A program made the translations under genes and the position numbers. A stretch of 62,562 nucleotides of DNA, the filler included, from Chiloscyllium plagiosum (lineage: Eukaryota): NCBI RefSeq assembly GCF_004010195.1. It is 4 parts of one record of this genome, joined end to end, with 100 filler letters (N's around TTAATTAATTAA, not from the genome) between each part and the next. Parts side by side here need not be neighbours in the genome. Positions count along the whole stretch, not along the records: positions 25,331 to 52,157 come from NC_057713.1; 3 more parts are not named here. One strand, given 5' to 3'. This document shows positions 25,886 through 35,970 of the stretch, piece by piece; within the stretch, counting starts at the first letter, position 1, and each line of letters begins with the position of its first letter. Under the pieces are notes generated by a model, which was given only the letters and a program-made list of their open reading frames with translations, did no database searches and was not told the DNA's origin.

Positions 25886-27320
25886 CTTCGAGCGGAGGGC
25901 ATACCTGGCAGTGGAGGTGACAGTGGGGTCAGATTCCTCCTGGTCCCGTTTACCAGTGTTGCCCTTTCCAAGGCCCCTGGTTGCTTGTGGGAGGGGTAAT
26001 TCCCAGGGGGATTATCGGGGGTTGAGCCGGAGGAGCTGGAGGAAGAGTAGTGACAAAAGCAACAATTTCCACCGTAAGAGGGTCAGGGTCCGAGGTAGGG
26101 ACGTGAACATTAGGATACTGAGGGGTATAAGGTGTGGGGCAGAAGGTGGGGGCCAAGAAGTCAAAACATTGTTGGGCAGCTGATGGCGACCTTTATTTTT
26201 AGGGGGCTGATGGCCTTTCGCATCTTCTTTAAATTTATTTAAACACCGGAGCATGTAATTATTATCACAGGAGAGGTGGCCGGACCCACCCTCAATGTTT
26301 GTCCTCCAGTAATCAATCTTTTCCAATTTGAAGGAGCCTCCATAAGGCCAGTTACCGTGGAACCACCTGTATAGAACATAGAAAAGTACAGCACAGAACA
26401 GGCCTTTGGCCCACGATGTTGTGCCAAGGTTTAATCCTAATGTCAAATATAGTAACTTAATCTCCGCACCCCTCAATTCACTGCTGTCCATGTGCATGTC
26501 CAGCAGTCGCTGAAATGTCCCCAATGATTCTACTTCTACCACCACAGCTGGCAATGCATTCCATGCATTCACAACTCTCTGCGTAAAGAACCTACCTCTG
26601 ACGTCTCCTTTATATCTTCCTCCTAATATCTTCAAACTATGACTCCTTGTACCAGTCAATCCTGCCCTGGGGAAAAGTCTCTGGCTATTGACTCCATATA
26701 GTCTACTCATTATCTTGTATACCTCGATCAGGTCTCCTCTCTTCCTGCTTCTCTCCAGAGAGAAAAGTCTGAACTTATTCAACTTTTCTTCATAAGGCAA
26801 GCCCTCCAGTCCAGGCAGCATCCTGGTAAACCTTCTTTGCACCCTCTCCAAAGCCTCTGTATCTTTCCTATAGTAGGGCGACCAGAACTGGACACAGTAT
26901 TCCAAGTGTGGTCTCACCAGGGACTTGTAGAGCTGCAGCAAAACCTTGTAGCTCTTAAACTTGATCCCCTTGTTAATAAAAGCCAAAACACCATATGTTT
27001 TCTTAACAACCCTATCCACTTGGATGGCAACCTTGAGGGATCTATGTATTTGCACACCCAGATCCCTCTGTTCCTCCACTCTGCCAAGAATGATCGGAAG
27101 TGAAAGGAATAACATAAAACTGTCAAACATTATTGGCCAATGACCCTGGTAGCACCAGGAGGTCTCCTACCTTACTTTTGCATTGACCATATTTACCGTG
27201 GCACTTCTGCTTTTTCTTCGTGGGGACAAATGGGCATAGGCCATCCTTCTCAGCAGGACATGGTTTCCTTGGCCCTGGGACTGGCCCGTCTTTCTTATGT
27301 TTAGAAGTCATTGACCCCAT
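25886..27320 (-). pseudogene. gag: ERV2 gag 5' relic, split by a CR1 insertion (gag pieces about 27090-27320 and 25886-26370)
   Basis: MGSMTSK myristoylation-type start after the PBS and leader; WPYGGSF matrix-like motif; PPPSAP late-domain motif; Pro-rich region follows. Confidence 0.7.
26371..27090 (-). mobile_element. Young 5'-truncated CR1 LINE inserted in ERV2 gag
   Basis: Uninterrupted RT C-terminus (LVRPHLEYCVQFWSPYY...FFTQRVVNAWNALP); 3' tail CTATGTTCTAT. Confidence 0.93.
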
Positions 27321-27586
27321 TGTCGCTTCCTCAGTTCCAAAGCGCAGATCTACGACCTATAGAGAAATGAACAACAAACGCACAAAGACAGGCAAACAAA
27401 GACTGGCGCCATCATCAATCCCTCAAGGTCACCTTAAAATGATTTCTGTCCTATGGCAGTGGTCTTCCTGGTCCCGCCTTGTCACAGAGATCTCTCCTAA
27501 CTTGGGATCAGCCTATGGGCTCAGGTTAGGGTCACACAGGCAGCCGCTTTATACTTTAGGTTCGCTCAGGATCCCGTAATTAAGGG

Positions 27587-27605
27587 ATCCTGTTGACTGA
27601 CGCCA
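27587..27605 (-). promoter_or_regulatory. Primer-binding site, tRNA-Ser-like
   Basis: TGGCGTCAGTCAACAGGAT, 3 nt after the LTR end; resembles the complement of vertebrate tRNA-Ser 3' ends as I recall them (for example TGGCGTCACGAACAGGAT). Confidence 0.7.
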
Positions 27606-27608
27606 GAT

Positions 27609-28308
27609 TGTGGAAAAAATTCTCCAGACTCCGACCTTGAGCATTGACAAACTTTATTACATGATATCATGGGAAGCACACCTTTCATAATCATGGTCCG
27701 GTGCTACTCCAAAGCACTCCTGATCGCAGCAGACCTATATATTACGACAGATGCTGAGCCGACAGTTTCGCAGGACTGTACATAACAAGCTATTGTTTTC
27801 AGACCTGGACTCAATACATACTCCAGATACTACATTCACTCATTGATAACATCTGGCTGGATTGTTATTTTGCTTAACAGGTGTCTGCAGATAAACAATT
27901 CAGGAGTTATGTGGGAAAAGCTATGTTGTTGTTACAGAATATTCTAGCAGGCTAGGAGCCACCCAGGGCAAGGGGTTTTAGGCTAGGTGAGACTAAATGG
28001 CTGTTCACCAGCAGTCCAGCAAAAACTGCTTCCACACTGGGGATAGAACAATTTTAGGAAATCAGTTGAAAAGTGGGGTGGGAAGCTAATCAGCAAGTAG
28101 TTCATAGGAATCATACTAAAAATGTCAATGGCATAATGCCGGACCCCATAACAGCAAAGGAAGTCTGTCTTCACCGTTCACCAGCACGGGTTTAAAGACA
28201 GAAATAAAACTCTGGCTTGCAAAGCTACTTAACAACATGGAAAATGTAAATCTAACAAACAGTCTGAGGGAAAAAGAATAGAAAAAAAACCCGTGTGTTT
28301 GTCCAACA
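27609..28308 (-). mobile_element. 5' LTR of endogenous retrovirus 2 (about 700 bp; outer boundary tentative)
   Basis: Inner end TTTTTCCACA next to the PBS; candidate outer end TGTTGGACAAA; TATA-like motif 27736-27743 and AATAAA 27653-27658 on - strand. Confidence 0.7.
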
Positions 28309-28959
28309 ACTCATTGTATTTCTCAGAAACCTGAATTAAATGAACTGCCCGTTGAATTTTAAGGCAAGCGTGCTGTTTTCAAAAACACTGAGTTTATCTA
28401 AAATGACTTAAAGTGCACATGATTTGTTTAACAGTGTTTGTTCCTATTGTTCTTTAGGAACCTTGTTGAACCATGATGACTGTAGCCTTGCTGTGCTAAC
28501 TGTTTAACTTCCATTAATTAGATTGTTGTTTATTTACATAGCCACTAACCAATCAATCATGTACGAGGTAGGTAGCTTTATATGTTTTAAATGTCTTTTA
28601 TTGGTAATTTATTTCTTATTGCTGATAACAAGACCCAGTTAGATGTCACAAATGTTTGATTCAGTTTATTTGTTAACCATTTTGCAAAACTGCTTTTAAT
28701 TAGTTAACTTCAGATAAATGGCTATTTAATCCACAGTTCAGATAGAAACAAGAGTAGACCATTCAGCTTTTTGAGCCAGATCTGACAGACATAAAGATCA
28801 TAACTGATTTGTGGCCTAACTCCATATGCCTGCCTTGGGTCCATTTCCCTTGATATCTTGCTTAATAAAAATCTGTTTATCTGATATAAATCTAAAACTG
28901 AATTAAATCTAAAATCCAAAAGGTTGCGATGGAGAGGAATTTGTTAAGTGTGTACAAGA

Positions 28960-31237
28960 CATTTTTTCTGATTCAGTATGTGGATGTACCTACTAAAGAA
29001 GGTGCAAAAATAATATTGGGAAATAAGGCAGGGTAGGTGACTGAGGTGTCAGTGGGGGAGCACTTTGGGGCCAGCAACCATAATACTATTAGGTTTAAAA
29101 TAATGATGGAAAAAGATAGACCAGATCTAAAAGTTGAAGTTCTAAATTGGAGAAAGGCCAATTTTGACGGTATTAGGCAAGAACTTTCGAAAGCTGTATG
29201 GGGGCAGATGTTTGCAGGTAAAGGGACGGCTGGAAAATGGGAAGCCTTCAGAAATGAGATAACGAGACTCCAGAGAAAGTATATTCCTGTTAGGGTGAAA
29301 GGAAAGGTTGGTAAGTATAGGGAATGCTGGATGACTAAAGACATTGAGGGTTTGGTTAAGAAAAAGAAGGAAGCAAAATGTAAGGTGTAGACAGGATAGA
29401 TCGAGTGAATCCTTAGAAGAGTATAAAGGCAGTAGGAGTATACTTTAGAGGGAAATCAGGAGGGCAAAATGGGGACATGAGATAGCTTTGGCAAACAGAA
29501 TTAAGGAGAATCCAAACAGTTTTTACAAATACATTAAGGACAAAAGGGTAACTAGGGAGAGAATAGGGCCCCTCAAAGATTAGCAAGGCAGCCTTTGTGT
29601 GGAGCCACAGAAAATGGGGGAGATACTAAATGAATATTTTGCATCAGTATTTACTGTGGAACAGGATATGGAAGACATAGACTGTAGGGAAATAGATGGT
29701 GACATCTTGCAAAATGTCCATATTACAGAGGAGGAAATGCTGGATGTCTTGAAATTGGTAAAGGTGGATAAATCACCAGGACCTGATCAGGTGAACCCTA
29801 GAATTCTGTGGGAAGCTAGAGAAGTGATTGCTGGGCCTCTTGTTGCGATATTTGTATCATCGATATTCACAGGTGAGGTGCAAGAAGACTGGAGGTTGGC
29901 TAACATGGTGCCATTATTTAAGAAGGGTGGTAAGGACAAGCCAGGGAACTATAGACCAGTGAGCCTGACAGCGGTAGTGGGCAAGTTGTTGGAGGGAATC
30001 CTGAGGGACAGGATGTACATGTATTTGGAAGGACAAGAATTGATTAGGGCTAGTCAACATGGCTTTGTGCGTGGGAAATTGTCTCTCAACCTTGACTGAG
30101 TTTTTTGAGCAAGTAACGAAGAGGATTAATGAGGGCAGAGCAGTAGATGTGATCTATATGGACTTCAGTAAGGCATTCGACAAGGTTCCCCATGGGAGAC
30201 TGATTGGCAAGGTTAGATCTCAGGAAATACAGGGAGAACTAGCCACTTGAATACAGAACTGGCTCAAAGGTAGAAGACAGAGGGTGGTGGTGGAGTGTTG
30301 TTTTTCAGACTGGAGGCCTGTGACCAGTGGAGTGCCACAAGGATCGGTGCTGGGTCCTCTACATTTTGTTATTTGGATGTGAGCATAAGAGGTACAGTTA
30401 GTAAGTTTGCAGATGACACCAAAATTGGAGGTGTAGTGGAAAACAAAGAGGGTTACCTCAGATTACAACAGGATCTTGACCAGATGGGCCAATGGGCTGA
30501 GAAGTGGCAGATGGAGTTTAATTCAGATAAATGTGAGGTGCTGCAAGGCCCCTGTTGGAATATTGTGTGCAGTTCTGATCTTCTATTGGAAAGATGTTGT
30601 GAAACTTAAAAGGGTTCAGAAAAGATTTACAAGGATGTTGCCAGGGTTGGAGGATTTGAGCTATAGGGAGAGGCTGAAGAGGCTGGGGCTGTTTTCCCTG
30701 GAGTGTCGGAGGCTGAGGGGTGACCTTATAGAGGTTTACAAAATCTTAAGGGGCATGGATAGGGTAAATAGACAAAGTCATTTCCCTGGGGTCGGGGAGT
30801 TCAGAACTAGAGGGCATTGATTTAGGGTGAGAGGGGAAAGATATAAAAGAGACCTACGGGCAACATTTTCACACAGAGGGTGGTACGTGTATGGAATGAG
30901 CTGCGAGAGGATGTGGTGGAGGCTGGTACAATTGCAACATTTAAAAGTCATTTGGATGGGTGTATAAATAGGAAGGGCTTGGAGGGATATGGTCCGGGCG
31001 CTGGCAGGTGGGACTAGATTGGGTTGGGATATCTGGTCGGCGTGGATGGGTTGGACCGAAGAGTCTTACAATTGCAACATTTAAAAGTCATTTGGATGGG
31101 TATATGAATAGAAAGGGCTTCGAGGGATATGGTCCGGGCGCTGGCAGGTGGGACTAGATTGGGTTGGGATATCTGGTCGGCGTGGATGGGTTGGACCGAA
31201 GAGTCTGTTTCCATGCTGTACATCTCTATGACTCTAT
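28960..31237 (+). mobile_element. CR1-clade LINE ORF2 with internal deletions and a duplicated 3' end
   Basis: KSPGPDQ...NYRPVSLT...QHGF, YMDFSKAFDKVPH, FADDTK; tail CTATGACTCTATGA. Confidence 0.93.
30927..31206 (+). repeat. 140-bp tandem duplication inside the CR1 3' end
   Basis: 30927-31066 is repeated at 31067-31206 with about 4 mismatches. Confidence 0.92.
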
Positions 31238-32830
31238 GAACTGCCATTTGAGGAAGAGAGTTCCAAACCTCCATGATTCGTGCCATGTGGAAGTGTTTTC
31301 TAACACCTCTCCTCACTGGCCTGGCTGTAATTCTTAGTCTATGCTCCCTACTTCTAGAATCAACCAGTGGAAATACTTTATCTACTCTGTCTTTCCCCGC
31401 TAATATCCTGAAGACATTGATGAAATTACCTCTTAACTTTCTAAATTCTACAGAATAAATTTGGCCTAATTTGTCTAATCGCTTTTTGTACCTTATTCCC
31501 ACAAGTCAACCCAACCACCCCGTGGCTCAACACTTCAACATTTGCTTATATTAAAACCTCACATTTGCTTATATTAAAGTCCATCTGCTACAGTTTTGCC
31601 AATGCATCTGTCTGTTGTAATTTTAGGCTGTGTCAATACTGTCATCATTTCTGCCCAGCTGTGTCAATACTGTCATCATTTCTGCCCAGCAGATTTTGAT
31701 ATTTGACTTTTTATGCCATTATTTAAGGTATTAATGATGTTGTAAATAATAAAGGCCACAACACTGATCCTTGTGGGACACCATTAGGCACGCACTACTA
31801 CATTGAGTACTTGCCCATTGTTTCAAGTCTGTTTCCTGCCACTTAACCAATTTCTTATTCATGATGTGGAGGTGCTGGTGTTGGACTGGGGTGGGCAAGG
31901 TCAGAAGCCAGACAACACCAGTGCAGCCAGTTCATTTGAAACTGCAAGTTTTTGGAATATTGTCCCTTCATCAGTAACTTGCCCTCAACTCTGTGGGTTT
32001 TTGCCTTTGCTAATAGTCTCTTCTGTAGGACTTTATCAGAAGCCGTCTGGAAGTCCGTATGAACAACATCCATCGAATTACCTCTGTCCACCACCTTTGA
32101 GTTGATTTCATTTTCTATATTGTAGTCACATGCACTTAAGTATAGTGAAACGTTTTGTTTACCGTGCAGTACAGGCAGATCATAGCAAACAAGGGTATAC
32201 CGATATTTAGACAGAGTGAGGCATACAAGGTTATGGCTGCACAGGAGGTGTGCAAAGCAAGATTAACATTATTTGAAATTAAAGAGGTCCAATCAGCAAA
32301 CAGCTCTGATGTTTGTAAAGCATGACCTACCTTTCATGAATCGATGTTGACTCTGCCCTGATTTTTTTTCCAAGTGATCAGCTAACCTATCCTTGATTAT
32401 AATCTTCAATAATTTCCCCATTACAGATGTTGGGCCAACTGCTCTGTAATTTCCTTGTTTCCCTTTGTCAGATATCCTAAAAGAGTGAAGTGGCATGAGC
32501 AAATTTCTAATCCAGGTTCAGCTCCTGAATCCAAGGAAATCTGAAAGATTATGGTTAGAGCATTGGCCAACTCTCCTACCTCCTTTAACACCCATGAATG
32601 GAAACCATCAGATCCTGGGAATTTGTCACTTTTCAGTTCCATTAATTGCCCCATTATTGATGAGTTAATTTTATTTATACCTTGTTCTGATCCTTTGCAA
32701 ATGTCTTTGGGACAACCTGCAAGCCACCCTCCTTTTCTGCTGTGAATACTGAAGCAAAATATTCATTCAACATGACTGCCATTTCCCCACGGTCATTAAC
32801 AATATCCCCACTCTCAGCTTTCCCCAAGTC
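31238..32830 (-). mobile_element. Old CR1 LINE, fragmented by insertions
   Basis: KSDKFPGSDGFH, GNYRAVGPTS, DVVHTDFQTASDKV, EVWNSLPQ. Confidence 0.75.
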
Positions 32831-33164
32831 TTACAAGATTTAATAGTTGCTTTTTATTCTTTCATGGAATGTGAGTATAACTGACCAGATCATTATTTAT
32901 TAGACTTTGAGGGAAGAATTTTCTGTTACTGAAGATGGTGAGCTTGGAGGCAGGAAAGGCACTTAATTAGGCAGGACAGTGGCATCCTCAAACCCCACTA
33001 TTTCCTCACCTTCACCAGAATTAAGATTTGGATTGGAAGCTGGACTTCCCTGCTCTGGTGCTAATTGAGGCTCTGTAGAGGGCAACTAAGATGCACATAG
33101 GCTCCCCCAGCCCCCAGTTGCAGGGCTAACACAACAGCATGAACGCTTATTACCATCAGGTCAG

Positions 33165-34155
33165 GTTCGTCAAAGTAGCCACCCAAGTGGATAGGGTTGT
33201 TAAGAAAGCATATGGTGTTTTGGTTTTCATTAACTGAGATCAAGTTTAAGAGCCGCGAGATTTTGCTGCAGCTCTACAAGTCCATGGTGAGACCATATTT
33301 GGAATATTGTGTCCAGTTCAGGTCGCCCTACTATAGGAAAGATACAGAGGCTTTGGAGAGGGTGCAAAGAAGGTTTACCAGGATGCTGCCTGGACTGGAG
33401 GGCTTGCCTTACGGAGACAGGTTGAATAAGCTCGGACTTTTCTCTCTGGAGGAAAGGTGGAAGAGAGGAGACCCGATCAAGGTGTATAAAATAATGAGTG
33501 GAATATATGGAGTCAATAGCCAGAGAATTTTCCCTAGGGTAGGATTGACTGGTACGAGGAGTCATAGTTTGAAGATATTAGGAGAAGGGTATAAAGGAGA
33601 TGTCAGAGGTAGGTTCTTTTTTTTTAGATTACTTAAAGTATGGAAACAGGCCCTTTGGCACATCAAGTCCACACCAACACTCCAAAGAGCAACCCACCCA
33701 GACCCATTCCCCTACATTTACCCTTTCACCTAACACTACGGGCAATTTAGCATGGCCAAATCACCTAACCTGCACATTTTTGTTGGACTGAAGAAGGAAA
33801 CCGGAGCACCCGGAGGAAACCCACACAGACACTTAGAAAATGTGCAAACTCCACACAGACAGTTGCCTGAGGCGGGAATTGAACTCTGGTCTCTGGCGCT
33901 GTGAGGCAGCAGTGCTAACCACTGTGCCACCGTGCCACCCGTAGAGAGAGTTGTAAAGGCATGGAATGCGTTGCCTGCTGTGGTGGTGGAAGCAGAGTCT
34001 TTGGGGACATTTAAGCGACTGCTGAACATGCACATGGATAGCAGTGAGTTGAGGTGTGCGTAGGTTAAGTTACTTTATTTGACATTAGGTTTAAACCTCG
34101 GCACAACATCGTGGGCCAAAGGGCCTGTCCTGTGCTGTACGTTTCTATGTTCTAT
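33165..34155 (+). mobile_element. CR1 3' fragment (same subfamily as 26371-27090) interrupted by a SINE
   Basis: VRPYLEYCVQFRSPYYRKDTEALERVQRR; resumes at about 33941. Confidence 0.9.
33620..33940 (-). mobile_element. HE1-type SINE nested in CR1
   Basis: GGGTGGCACGGTGGCACAGTGGTTAGCACTGCTGCCTCACAGCGCCAG, B-box GAGTTCAATTCCC, central GTGTGGAGTTTGCACATT. Confidence 0.88.
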
Positions 34156-35629
34156 GTTTGTCACCTCGAGTGGAGGACAGGAGTGAGAGGTGGGAAAGCT
34201 AATCCAAGGCAATCAATGTGGGAGTGGACATCAGGCAGTGAGGTGACCACTGTTTACCAGCCACTACACCGCAACCGCTCACCAACACCCCCAAAATCCC
34301 ACCAATTCCGTAGCACTGAGCCTCCAATGAGGCCAGTGTTGTTGATGAAAGAGAAGGTACACAGAGCTCTGAGGCTTCTTTTGAACACCTTCTGTGGAAC
34401 TCTGAAAAAGAGTAAAGTCACCACAGTTTCGGAAAGGGAGAACTGTCTGGGGTGGTTTAATTTGAAGGTCATCAGACCTCCGACACGAGGAAAGGTTGAG
34501 AAGGAGAGCCAATGCAGGAATTGAGCCATCGCTGCATTGCAAACCAGCAGTTCTGCCAACTGAGCTAACCGACCCCCAAGAACTCTAACAGCTGCCTGGT
34601 AATTAACTCTAGGCTAGAGACAACCTGCTTATTCCTGTCTTACTAAATTACTACAAATGTTCTTGAGTGTTTAGGGAGCACCTGTGATTTGTCTGCATGT
34701 TGAATATTGTACCATGTCCCAAACACTGAAAACCTGAGTTGAGGTACAGAGCAGGGCTGCTTTATCCTCCCAGTTATGATCTCCTGTTATTTACTGAGTT
34801 ATCTTTCACAGAAGATTCTTAGAATGCAGTGGAACCTTCAGGTCAATTTCTGAGGCACAACAATCTGTGCTCTTAATTTTACATTTAGAAAAATTAATGC
34901 CTCTTCAATTTGAAAACAAAAATCATAAAATTAAGCGTTTCCTCAACTGTAATTAAAATGAAACATAATTGAACCATTATTGTCATCAAATGTTATAGTA
35001 CAGTATTGGACCATTTAAAAACAGCAACTCTTATTTTGTATGTATTTATACATGTACAGCTTCATCACAAATTTCCTGACAGAAAAATACAAAATGTAAG
35101 TTAGATCCATGCGATCTTATTAAATGAAACATTATGGCTTTTTAAAGATTACAGCACAGCAGTCTGCTAAACTGTCAGTAAAACTTACCTTTAAAAGACA
35201 AAGTCTTTTAACAGAGCTGAAATCACTAGCAGTCATAGGCCCTTGCATGACATTGAGTCCTCTGGTTCTATACTGCAAGGCCAAAATTAATCAGTAACCT
35301 AATAACTTTTTGTGAATTTCTAACTTTTTTAACATGGGAATCTGTGCTGTCTATTATGAAGAACATGTCCTTAGGATTTCTGCCAGAGGCAGGAATTCAG
35401 TATGGTGGAGCGTCATGCCATCATGTGCATTTCTAGGCAGTCTATAATATTCATATTAAACCTGGTAAGATAACAATCCCTCATCGCAATGGAAAGTGTA
35501 ATGCCAACCCATCCCATAGTAGGATAATAATTCTCCAGCCGTATTTAATCTGTCAGTTGATTCCAGGGCAATGAAATTGCAGAACACTTTGGAGTTTTGA
35601 CTATCCTTTAAATATATCATTATCAACTT

Positions 35630-35970
35630 GTCACTGGCTAGTACTGTAATCCAAAAGTCTATGTTGTTGTTCTGGGGCCATGGGTACGATTTCCATCATG
35701 GCAGATGGTGAAATATGAATTCAGTAAAAGAAAATGAGAATGAAAATGAAGCTAGCCTAATGGTGACCATGTAACCACTATCTATTGTTGTGAAAACCCA
35801 TCTTTATCACTAATATCCTTTTAAGGAAGAGAAATCTGTTCTTCTCTGCTTACATGTGACTCCAGACCTAAAGCAATGTGCTCTACTCCTAACTGCCCTC
35901 TGGGCAATTAGAATGGGCAGTAAATACTGGCTTAACTAGTGATGCCTACATTCTGTGAATGGTTTTTAAA
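35630..35970 (+). mobile_element. tRNA-derived SINE (second family)
   Basis: Similar to 15475-15815; ends in an A-rich tail. Confidence 0.65.

Noticed and set aside
26012..27130. 372-aa ORF that looks like a LINE RT-retroviral Gag fusion gene
   Set aside because: It is a CR1 3' fragment reading through its own tail into flanking ERV gag by chance. The start is non-ATG, the RT catalytic core is absent and gag frameshifts soon after.
33870..33940. tRNA-like sequence with A/B boxes
   Set aside because: It is the head of an HE1-type SINE present three times, not a tRNA gene.
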